Positions 48,266 to 64,000 of a stretch of DNA of 64,000 nt are shown one piece after another. The first letter of the stretch is position 1. Every line of letters starts with the position of its first letter. Position numbers and translations under genes: made by a program. Origin of the DNA: the human T2T-CHM13v2.0 reference genome, Homo sapiens; contig CP086569.2 in NCBI GenBank assembly GCA_009914755.4, positions 4,480,001-4,544,000 on the forward strand. Direction: 5' to 3'. The notes under the pieces were generated by a model. It made no database searches. It worked only from the letters and a program-made list of their open reading frames with translations, and was not told the origin of the DNA.

Positions 48266-49010
48266 GAAAAAGACTTCAAGTCTTCAAGATAACTTACTTT
48301 TACAGAGATTTCAATAATTTTGTTTGAGGAAATGAATTTTGCTTTAGTTGTTTCTCTCACAAGATTTCACCCATAATAATGTCACCGTTTTACCCCATAA
48401 CTGGATTATTCTTCATTATGAGAATATATTACCTAACCTATATTACTAAATGAGAAAATATGTTGCTTTGAGAGTTGAGATAAATACATTTTCATCTATT
48501 TTTTTACCTTATAGAGGAAACAAAGTGGTGGAAGTGTTTACATTTGCACACTGTACAGTCATGTATTGCTTAATGACATAGATGCATAGTTAGGCAATTT
48601 CACTGTTGTGCAAACATCATAGAATGTAATTCAAAAACCTAGATACTATAGCCTACTACATAACTAGACTATATGGTACAGCCTAATCCTTCTAGACTAC
48701 AAACCTGTACAGCATGTTACTGTACTGAATAGCGTAGGCAATTGGAAAACAATGGTCAGTATTTGAATATCTAAACATATTTAAACATAGAAAAGTTACA
48801 GTAAAATATAATATAAAAGATTCAAAAAACAATACCTGCATAGGGCACTTATAATGAGTAAATCTTGCAGCACAGAAGATTGCTCTAGGTGAGTCTGTGA
48901 GTGAGCGGTGCATGGATGTGAAGGGCTAGCATATTATTATACCCTACTTTAGAATGTATAGACACTGTACTCTTAGACTACACAATATTTATTTTAAAAT
49001 ATTTATTTCT

Positions 49011-49408
49011 GATGAATACTGTATGTTGTAACTCATATGTGGGAGCTAAACAAATAAAATTGAGCTCACAGAAGTTTAGAGTAGAATTGCAGTTATTAGA
49101 GGCTGGGAAAAGTGTGGGGGAAGAATAAGGGGAGGTTGGTTAATGGGTACAAAGTTACAGCAAGGTGAGTGGAATAAGCATTATACAGCACTATAAGGTG
49201 AATAAGGTTAACAATAATTCAGTGTATGTTCTTAAAAGCTAGAAGAGATAATTTTGAATGTTCGCAGTGAAAACAAATAATGTTTAAGGTCATGGATATA
49301 TTAATTATCCTGATTTGATCATTACACATTGTATACATGTATTGAAATATCACTCTGTATCCCATTAATATGTGCAATTATTAGGTGGCAACTAAAAATA
49401 AAAGGAAT
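49011..49408 (+). mobile_element. LINE-1 3' end fragment (L1M/L1PB-like)
   Basis: ...gaatactgtatgttgtaactcatatgtgggagctaaacaaataaaattgagctcacagaagtttagagtagaattgcagttattagaggctgggaaaagtgtgggggaag...ggttaatgggtacaaagttacag...tcctgatttgatcattacacattgtatacatgtattgaaatatcactctgtatcccattaatatgtgcaattattaggtggcaactaaaaataaaag. This is the extreme C-terminus of ORF2 plus an old L1 3' UTR. Confidence 0.7.
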
Positions 49409-50969
49409 AAGGTGTTTCTTTTTTAAATAATGGATTAATATTAGCTTATGTAACTTTTTAACTTCATAAACATATGTAACTTTTTGACTCTTGTAATAAC
49501 AGCTTAAGTCACATATTGCACAGCGGTAGAAAAATATTTTACACATATCCCTATTTGATAGACTTTTCTCTATTTTTTAATTTTTTAATATTTTACTTTT
49601 TAAACTTTTTATGTAAAAACTAAGACACAAACACACACATTAGTCTAGACCTGCACAGGGTCAGAATCATTAATATCATTGCCTTCCACCTCCATATCTT
49701 GTCCCACTGAAAGGACTTTAGGAGCAATAACACACACATGGAGCTGTCATTTCCAATGTAACAATGTTTTCTTCTTGAATGACTCCTGAAGGACCTGTCT
49801 GAGTTTTGTTTTACAGTTAACTTTTTATGTATATAAATAGAAGATGTATACTCTAAATTAATTATAAAAAGTTTAGTAAATACATAAACCAGTAACATAG
49901 TTGTTTATAATTATCATCAAGCATTATGTTCTGTATATATAATTGTCTATGCTATACTTTTATATTACCATATACATGTGAGTAACACACTGCACTTCAA
50001 CATTACAATGCCTACAATGTCACTAGGCAATACAAATATTTCAGCTCCATTATAATCTTATAGGATTACCTTCCTCTATGCTGTCTATCCTTGACTGAAA
50101 TGTTCTTATGCCTTGCATCACTGTAGTTAGTTCTATCTGTAAAAAGAAATCTGAATATACAACACATTTTGAAATGTATAATAAACACATTGTTGAAAAG
50201 ATTTCCATCTTCACTAGTTACACAATAAGTACAACACAACTCTCCTTCTGAGATTCTTAGACATTGAGGTTTATCTTAAACCTCAAACTCCTACTCACAG
50301 AATATGTATATTCACACATTTTTGGGGTGTATATTAATGAACATATATAAGAATATATTAAAAAATGACTACAGAAGAAGAAAATCACTCTATTGAGCTC
50401 TAAAATGTACTCACATTCATAAGCTACAAATTTTTACTTCCATTGGCATAAAGCACTATCACTCCATTGCTTCAAAGGCAGCTGTGGCTGACAGAGTTCT
50501 CAAGAAATATTTATCAAAAAAATTTATGAAAGAAAGGGATGTTTTGTCTTGTGTTTCCTGTGATGCTTAAGAACTAAACATATCACATGGTAACTGTATT
50601 TCTTTGAAGTTTTACTATTTTTTTCTTAAGTTCATAAACTACAAGAACCAATATCAAAAATCAACAGTAACAGTACTCTTTAGAGATTTATTATAAATGA
50701 AAAATATAAGAATTAAAAAACTAAATTTTATTTTAGTAGATATTTTACAATGGAAATAATTACATGCACACAAAATGAGCAAATATCCTGAAATTTTGTT
50801 TTGTTCTTTATTTTTGTCAATAAAGGTCTTTTTTGCAAGTTAAGCATTCTCACTATTGAGAACCATGTTGAACACAATTCATCATTTTGATAAGTGCAGG
50901 TAAATTTAACTACCTTTTTATTAGAAAATTAATTGTTAATACTGGTATTTTAAAACATAGATGGATAGA

Positions 50970-51357
50970 ATAACATGCATCCATAAAAAAAAGAACAAGA
51001 TCATGTCCTTTGCAGGAACATGTATGAAGCTGGAGGCCATTACCCTTAACAAACTAATGCGGGAACAAGAAACCAAATACCAGATGTTCTCACTTATAAC
51101 TGAGAGCTAAATGATGAGAACACATGGACACATGGGAGTAACAACAGACACTGGTGTTTATCAGAGGGTGGAGTGTGGAAGGAGGGAGAGGATCAGGAAA
51201 TATAACTAATGGGTCCTAGGTTTGATACATGCATATTAATACATGGGTGAAAAAAATAATTTGTGCAAGAAATCCCCAAAATACAAGTTTTTCTGTATGA
51301 CAGACATGCACATGTATCCCTGAACTTAAAATAAAAGTTAAAATAATTTTAAAAAAA
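50970..51357 (+). mobile_element. LINE-1 3' end fragment (older L1PA / L1PB-like) with A-rich tail
   Basis: ORF2 C-terminus ...HAIHKKKEQDHVLCRNMYEAGGHYP.QTNAGTRNQIPDVLTYN.ELNDENTWTHGSNNRHW... followed by a 3' UTR ending ...gacagacatgcacatgtatccctgaacttaaaataaaagttaaaataattttaaaaaaa. Confidence 0.75.
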
Positions 51358-51704
51358 CATATTTCTAGCTTTTCTTGAATTAAGTATTATCAAAAATAAT
51401 CAGTATCTAGCTTGGGTTGGAAACATCATCACATGAGTTCCTTCAAGGTCTCCTTTTCAACTTTTAGATTTATGTATATTTATACCGACCACCATTTTAT
51501 TTCTTATGTCAGGGAAAACATTTTGTCTCTTTCCTTCTAAAATACTGGATTCATTCTTCTTCCCTTCTCTCATCTCAGACTTTTGCTTCATTTATTTTCA
51601 ACCTCTCACTCAAAAACAGATCTTTTCCCTTTATTATGAAAACAAATTCACAATGATCTCATACACAGAAAAACAATAAACTTCCCTAAATCCCTATACT
51701 CCCT

Positions 51705-53978
51705 GTATTAATCCATTCTCATGCTGCTGTGAAGAAATCTCTGAGACTGGGTAACTTATAAAGGAAAGAGATTTAATTGACTCACAGTTCCACAGGACTG
51801 GGGAAGCCTCAGGAAACTTATAATCAAGGCAGAAGGGGAAGCAAACATGCTCTTCCTTACAAGGTGGCAGGAGAGAAATGTGCTGAGCAAAAGGGCTAAA
51901 AGCCCCTTATAAAACCATCAGATCTCATGAGAACTCACTCACTATCATGAGAACAGCATGAGGGTAACCACCTCTATGATTAAATTACCTCTCAATTGGT
52001 CCCATCCATGACATGTGAAGATTATGGGGATTACAATTTAAGATGAGATTTGGGTGGGAGCACAAAGCCTAACCATATTATTCCATCCCTGGCCCCTCCC
52101 AAATCTCATGTTCCTTTCACATTTTCAAAACCAATCATGCCTTCCCAACAGTCCCCCAAAGTCTTAATTCCAGCATTAACTCAAAAATCCAAGTCCAATG
52201 TCTCATATGAGACATGGTAAGTCTCTTCTGCCTATGAGCTTGTAAGATCAAAAGAAAATTAGTTACTTCCTGGACACAATCAGGGTACATGTGTTGGGTA
52301 AATATACCCATTTCAAATGGGAGAAATTGGCCAAAATGAAGGGGTTACAGGTTATAGTAAAGTCCAAAATACAATAGGGAAGTCATTAAACCTTAAGCTC
52401 CAAAATGACTACCTTTGACTTCACGTCTCACATCTAGGACACACTGATGCAAAGGATGGGCTCCCATGGCCTTGGGCAGCTCTACCCTTGTGGCTTTGTG
52501 GAGCATAGCCCCCCTCCTGGCTGCTTTTGTAGCTGGCACTAAGTGTCTGTGGCTTTTCCAGGCGCACAATGAAAGCTGTAGGTGGGTCTACCATTCTGGT
52601 GTCTGAAGCACATTGGCCCTCTTCTCACAGTTCCACTAGGCAGTGCCCCAGTGTGTGGGGACTCTGACCCCACATTTCCTTTCCATGCTGCTCAGCAGAG
52701 GTTCTTCATGAAGGTTCACCCCTGCAGCAGACTTCTGCCTGGACATCCAGGTGTTTCCAAACATCCTCTGAAACCTAGGCTGAGGTTCTAAAACTTCAAT
52801 TCTTGTCTTTTGCACACACAGGACCAACATCACATGGAAGCTGCCAAGGTTTAGGGCTTGCACCCTCTGAAGCAATGGCCCAAGCTATATTTTGGCCCCT
52901 TTTAGCCATTACTTGAGTCACTGGGATGCAAGGCACTAAGTCCCTAGGCTGCACACAGCAGGGGGCCCTGGGCATGGCCCAGGAATTAATTTTTTTTCTC
53001 CTAGGACTCCAGGCCTGTGATGGGAGGGGCTGTTATGAAGGTCTCTGACACGTCTTGGAGACATTTTTCCCATTGTCTTGGTGATTAACATTTGGCACTC
53101 CATTACTTATGTAAGTTTCCGCTGCCAGCTTGAATTTCTCCCCAGAAAAAGAATTTTTGTTTTTTATTGTATCATCAGGCTGCAAATTTTCTAATCTTTT
53201 ATGCTTTCTTCCTCTTGAAAGCTTTGCCATTTACAAATTTATTCCGCCAGAAACCGTAAATCATCCCTCTCAAGTTCAAAGTTCCACAAATCTCTAGGGC
53301 AGGGAAAAATGCTGCCAATGTCTTTGCTGAAACATAGCAAGAGTCACCTTCATTCCAGTTCCCAAAAAGTTCCTCATCTCCATCTGAGACCACCTCAGCC
53401 TGGACTTCATAGTCCATACCACTATCAGCATTTTGGTCAAAGCCATTCAACAAGTCTCTAAGAAATTCCAAATTTCCCACATCTTTCTGCCTTCTGAGCT
53501 CTCCAAACTGTTCCAACCTTGGCCTGTTACTCAGTTCCAAAGTCGCTTCCAAATTTTCAGGTTTCCTTATAGTAGTACCCGACTCTGTGCAGTACCAGTT
53601 AACTGTATTAGTCCATTCTCATGCTGCTATGAAGAAATGCTCAAGACTGAGTAATTTATAAAGTAAAGAGGTTTAATTGACTCATGGTTCTGCATGGTTG
53701 AGGAGGTCTCAGGAAACTTACAGTCATGGTGGAAAGGTAAACAAGCACATCCTTCTTCACAAGGTGGCAGGAGAGAGAAGAGCCAAGAGAAAGGGGGAAA
53801 AGCCCCTTATAAAACCATCAGATCTCATGAGAACTCACTCACTATCATGAGAACAGGATGAGAGTAACTACCCCCACGATCAAATTACCCCCCACCGGGT
53901 CCTTCCCATGACACATGGGGATTATGGGAACTACAATTCAAGATGAGATTTGGGTGGGGACACAGCCAAACGGTATCA
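51705..53978 (-). mobile_element. ERVL-MaLR element (MST/THE1-family), essentially complete LTR-internal-LTR, about 2.27 kb
   Basis: One LTR at 51705-52080 (tgtattaatccattctcatgctgctgtgaagaaatctctgagactgggtaacttataaagg...ggaaacttataatcaaggcagaagg...ttacaatttaagatgagatttgggtgggagcacaaagcctaaccatatta). Internal region at 52081-53603. Second LTR at 53604-53978 (tgtattagtccattctcatgctgctatgaagaaatgctcaagactgagtaatttataaag...ctacaattcaagatgagatttgggtggggacacagccaaacggtatca). The two LTRs are roughly 85% identical, so the insertion is old. A candidate 5-bp target-site duplication reads ctccc and ccccc. A CCCCC tract abuts the LTR at 52081 (reverse complement of a polypurine tract). Confidence 0.85.
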
Positions 53979-55362
53979 CCCCCTCAAGCTGCAATGCTGT
54001 CTTTCAATTCTCTTCACTACAAAATTCTTAAAAGAATAATATATTTACGCTTCTAAAACCCTATTGTCCAAATTATTCTGTAAACCTTTCCCATGACACT
54101 TTAAAATGTACTATGTCACTCAGGGGAGTCACTGACTAAAATACCCAACAGTCTTTTCATCTTAGTGCTCTTTGTCATTTGACTTATTTTCATTTGTCTC
54201 TTCCCTGGCTGTTGTAATTCTGCATATGTACTTAGCTCTCCTCTTTCTCCTTTATTAACCACTCCTCAGTTTCATGCAACTTTATATTCTGCTTTTCTGG
54301 TTCATATTCCTCTTTGTATAAATGCATGTTTTTACCTGGGATTTTTTTTCTTAACTCTCATCTTGACACATACCAGAGATAATAAGCTGACAATCTCTAT
54401 ACAAAACTTGATTTACAGATATGGCTTGTATGGTCAGCATTCAAACTGAGCATGCATTTTCTAGTTTACCGCAGGCCTCATCAACTCTTAATGGATTATA
54501 ACTGATCTCTTTTGAATATTAATTTTTACCAGAAGTCTTCAATATTTTGTTGTTTATATTTTTGTCTTGTGTACTCTCTTGAGTTCTAAGTTCATATTTT
54601 CTATGGTGTGTTACTCATTTTCATGTACATACCCTATCTGTAGCTAAAAGTCTGTTTCTAAACATCAGATTAGCTTCTCCCCTCTGAAACTCAATCTTCT
54701 GCATTTTTTATTCATGTGAATGGTGCCAATATCTTTCCACTATCTATCTTTCCATCGACTTAGGCTTGAAATATCAGTGTCATCTTTCACTTCTTACAGG
54801 CCACACAAAACCAATTTGTTTTTAAGTCCTGTTTCTTTCAAGGTCTATAATATATGTTTGCATTGATCTCTCCTTTCAGTTCCAGAGCAAGCACCTTAAG
54901 TTAGGTTCTCACTGCCTCTTCTTGGGACCACTGCACTTGCTTCCCTGTAAACTAAATTGTGTTACAAGAAAAGCATTTAAAGTAACATCAAAAGTTTAAC
55001 CTAAAATAAAGAAAATTGGATGGTCCTGAGAGCAAATTTCCAATAACTTAAAGGCTGTCATGGAGAAAAGGGATTAGAGTATCCTGTGTGGTCTTCAGGA
55101 AAGCCAGGACCCCAGTGGGTAGAAGATGTACATGGGCAATTTTTGAGTCAATATAAATAAGCTTTTTCTAATATTTATCTCAGAAAGTAAATGCTATGTT
55201 ACTTTAGACATTTGAACCCAGACTGAAACACAAGTTATGTATGTTACAGAAAAGATTACGTAACTATGAAGGTTCTTTCTTACCAGAGAAGTCTATGATT
55301 TTAAGAACTACACATCTGTAAGACTGTCAGATTGCTAAGTCTATAAGGATTTTAGAATTATT

Positions 55363-55386
55363 TGTGTGTGTGTGTGTGCGTGTGTA
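55363..55386. repeat. (TG)n microsatellite, about 12 units with one interruption
   Basis: tgtgtgtgtgtgtgtgcgtgtgtg. Confidence 0.8.
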
Positions 55387-56949
55387 GTAAAAGGCCTTTT
55401 GTTCAAGTAAGTAATAAACATACCTCACTACTGAGAACCATGCTAAATGCAATTCAACATGCAAGTGAATACAGAGGCCAAGAAATTTTCAATTTCTTTC
55501 AAGATTCAGATGTGTTGATACCTCTTTCCAAAGAAGGAGCATAGTTAAGTGATTTTTCCGACCTGAAAGTAGAAATTGCCCAAATAACATAATGAGAAAA
55601 TATTATTTCTATATTTATGGTCTTATTTACATTTTCAAAGTGTTTTCATTGTTGTTACTTCATTTAATAATCAGAAAAAAGAACCTGAAAACTGGGTTGA
55701 TGTTATTCTTATCTTACTGATTAGAAAACTAAAATTCAGCAGTGTTATTTCTTATTAAAAGGCCATTATCAACATACATGATTAAAACCATTTTTTTTGA
55801 CTCCTAAATCACTGTACTTTCCACTAAAACATGTTGCTTTCCAGTACTGGACAGTTTCTGGTATTAAAATTAACATGAACTCAATGATACAGGTTGAGTG
55901 ATGATAGTGGAGTAAGTTTGAATAATTTAGAAACGAACATACCTGATGAGATGTATTTGATTTATTGATGTTTAATACCATCAAAGTTTCCTTACCACTA
56001 AGGTAAAATTTGTCACACTTAAACTTTTATAGCAATTTTCTCACTGAGAAATGGCAAATTTTTATCAAATACAGATGTGTATTAGAAACGTTTATTTAAT
56101 CAGTTCAAGAGGAAGTAGTTCTTATGACATAGAAATAAAATAACTTATTTCCTCCATCAAATTCCTCTCTTGAGAGTCCATTGAGGGGAAAAAGTCAAAT
56201 TTGACAAAAGCTATCATTGTCAGTATAGCATTGATTAGTTATAGCAGGACTTAAAGTGATGATTCCATTATCAGGATTTTTTTTAATGCTGTGACAATAG
56301 ACAGTTAAAAGTGCTTATTTTACCTTAACACTTATTTATTGGTATGTATTGCCCTTTAAAATTCTTATATCTTAAAATTATTAAATCTTTATCCTGGTAT
56401 AAATAGGATAAAATTTGTATCCTCAGCATGTTGTACATTTCAAAATTAATTGTCAAGACAGAGCCATCTGCTATAATAATTAGACACAGCAGTCCAGCAG
56501 TTGTCCAGCTGTTGCCATCATATAGTGCACTATCCAATATGTAGTAGTCCAGCAGTAGTCCAATATGCTGACACTAAAATGACAAAAACAATTGAGACAG
56601 CTGCAGGTGTAATCCAATACAGAGTAGGAAAGGCAGTCATACCAGCTATTGACTCCTTTACTATCAATATAAAAAGTGTCTTTTAGCCTATGTGGCAAAT
56701 TACCCTATGCTGCAAGTTTATTACCAAATGCTTATTCTTTTCTTCATTAAACTCTTTTACACACTTATAATCACACCCAATTGACTTTCTATACTCTTTT
56801 ATACTGGTTAACATGACTCTATATGCCAACACAACTGAAATCTGTTCAACTTGAAGACGTCTCCTCTAACAAATCTAAAACAAATGGTACTCATACAAAC
56901 CCATCCAACTAAAACTGCTTTCCTTCTAACAAAACTAAGTAATCAACAA

Positions 56950-61908
<4,959 letters not shown>

Positions 61909-64000
61909 TTGACTTTCTAAACCTCTTGTTTTCTTTTTGCCTTCTGTAACACCAATATTTGATCATTTTATGGTGTCCCATATGTCATGTAGATTTTGCT
62001 CATCTTTTTTATTCTTTTGTCTTTATTTTTGTCTGACTGGTTTATTTCAAAATACCTGTCTTCAAGTTCCAACATACTTTCTTTAGCTTGAGCTAGTCTA
62101 TATTGAAGCTTTCAAATGTATTTTGTATTTCATGCCATGTATTCTTTAATTTCAGAATTTCTGTTTGTTTGTTGTTTTAATGATATTTATCTCTTTGGTA
62201 AATTTCTTATTCATATCCTGAATTTGTTTTTCATTTCTCTGTATTTATTTTTAGTATTCTCTTGTGTCTTACTAGACTTATTTAGTACCAACATTTTAAA
62301 TTATTTTACTATAATTTTTAAAATTTATTTTTGATTGAGGTCTTCTGCTGGAGGATTGTTGTGTTCCTTTGGAAGTGTCATGTTTATTTGCTTTTTTAAT
62401 GTTTCTCATGCCCTTACATTAATATTTTTTGCATCTGCTGTAATAGTAGCTTCTTCCAATTTTAAAAATGTACTTATTTGGGAGAGGACTTTTTCCTGAA
62501 GATGTATCTATGGGGTTGGAGTAGTGTAGTCTCTGTGTGATTTCTTCATTTGTAAACAGTGTCAGTAGTATCTTATTATTTCCTCAGTACCTTAGGGTGT
62601 GGTTGATAGTAGAAACTGTGGTGAAGTTTTGCTAAAAACTGGGACACTAAGTTGGCCTGCCTTTATGCCCCAGATAGTGGTGGACTAAGCATACCTGTCC
62701 TTAGGTCCCAGGGTAATATATGCTGACACTGTTTTTAGTAGGTTCAGGCATCCTGATCTTGGGTCTCAATGTTGCTTGTTTAGTTTCCTAGGATGGCAGT
62801 GGTGGGCCAGGCAAGTAAGTGGATTCATGAGCTTCTGGGCAGTGAGTGTGGCATTGGTGATGGCAGTAGTAGTGGTGGGAAAAGCTCCAGGATCCAAACT
62901 ATCCACACTGGAATGGGTGCTGACTGTGATGGGCTAGCCAGTCTAGTCCCCAGGCCCACATGTGGCACATACAGGTGGATGCCAGCTGTAATGTTAGCAG
63001 CAGGTTGAGTGGGCATGACTTCAGACAACGGGAGGAGTACTCAGGCGCCAATAGTGGTAGACAGGGCTGGGTTATTTACAGGCTTCTTGATGACATGCTT
63101 GGGCTCTGCAGGGTTAATAGTGGGATGGACAATCACCCTGACAGGCCCCCTGGTGGTGCATGCATGTGCTGGGTGTGGTAGGCAGGAACAGGGTGATCCC
63201 CAGGCCACAGGCAAAATGCTCTTGTGAGGGTAGCAGCTGTGCCATGTCCCCGCTTCTGGGGGAGGACATGGTTGCTTTCTGTGGGAGCAGCCATAGGGAG
63301 TTGGCTGAGTGTCACACACTTCACTTGAACCTAAGCGCTGCAGCAGTACGCAAGTGGTTATAGGCAGGGAAATTTGTTCTCAGGGTGCATGAAAATGTAT
63401 CACTTCTCCTCTGCTGGGGGTCAAGGTGGCATGAGGTCACTGCTAGTGGTTCCTGCCAAACCCTGACAGTGACAGATGTGGGTGAGAAATGTCAATGGGG
63501 CTCCAGGAATGTGGAGATGCAGAGGGTGTTGAGCAGCAGGGCTGGATGTAGTCTGATTGGGGCTAGGTTCCCAAAATGGTGCCATGCTTCATTTGCTTAG
63601 GACTCAGAGGTTTGTGGGACCCAGCATAAGCTCAGTCTCTGGAGCAATGCCTTTATGTAGTCTCCAGGCAGCATTTTATGCTAATTTCAGGGCCTATGAG
63701 GCTTGAGAGGCTCTCCCATGGCTAGGATTGCAGAAGTCTGTGGTGGGACTATGGACCACTGGGTGTGTCTTTCACTTATGTTTTCCTTGCAGTAGGGAGC
63801 CTCTCCAGACTCCCAGCTGATCCCAGCCAAAAAAAAGCTGCCTTGCTTCTCTCTTTTTCTTTGTTTTCAGTGCTTCTTATCACTACTCTATTAAATTCCA
63901 GTGATCTCTCTTAGATAATTTATCCAGTTTCTGTATTAGATATGTTTAAGACAAATTTGCATTAACATTTAAATCTTATTGGGGCTTAGTATTCTTTTTC
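61909..64000 (-). mobile_element. Older L1 (L1PB-like) 5' portion in antisense: ORF1 (about 61909-62780) and GC-richer 5' UTR (about 62780-63860). It abuts the young L1PA and may continue past the window edge
   Basis: The reverse complement of 61940-62100 reads ...aaaaagatgagcaaaatctacatgacatatgggacaccataaaatgatcaaatattggtgttacagaaggcaaa..., which aligns with L1 ORF1 (AAGAAATGAGCAAAGCCTCCAAGAAATATGGGACTATGTGAAAAGACCAAATCTACGTCTGATTGGTGTACCTGAAAGTGA). The reverse complement of 63530-63640 (ggcattgctccagagactgagcttatgctgggtcccacaaacctctgagtcctaagcaaatgaagcatggcaccattttgggaacctagcc) parallels the plus-strand 5' UTR of the L1 at about 43740-43840. Confidence 0.5.

Overview
This window is not a prokaryotic locus. 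It reads as human (catarrhine primate) nuclear DNA: AT-rich and dominated by interspersed repeats. By my reading about 40 kb of the 64 kb (60–65%) is recognisable transposable-element sequence, and LINE-1 alone contributes about 33 kb. The repeats seen are numerous Alu SINEs (several AluY/AluS copies with perfect target-site duplications), at least 14 independent L1 insertions of different ages (L1M/L1PB-like through young L1PA), one ERV9 LTR12-type solo LTR, one MLT1/MST-type solo LTR, and two THE1/MST-family MaLR elements. I found no convincing host protein-coding exon, CpG-island promoter, rRNA/tRNA gene or CRISPR array. Every long ORF in the six-frame track that I could place lies inside a retrotransposon: L1 ORF2 fragments, an L1 inter-ORF remnant or a MaLR internal-region remnant. 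The remaining ORFs of 60–140 aa have no feature I can recognise and are the length expected by chance in AT-rich DNA. The sequence therefore looks like an L1-rich, gene-poor intergenic or deep-intronic region. The things worth a second look are structural: a 12.5-kb pile-up of four abutting L1 insertions (about 20.3–32.8 kb); a young L1PA whose 5' end is rearranged and carries an inverted ORF1 piece; a probable twin-primed L1; two L1PA copies lacking ORF1; an LTR12 solo LTR with six tandem CCAAT boxes that could act as a latent promoter; a near-complete MaLR provirus; and young Alus that may be polymorphic. All coordinates were read by eye and are approximate to about ±10 bp. Subfamily calls rest on remembered consensus sequences, not a RepeatMasker run.
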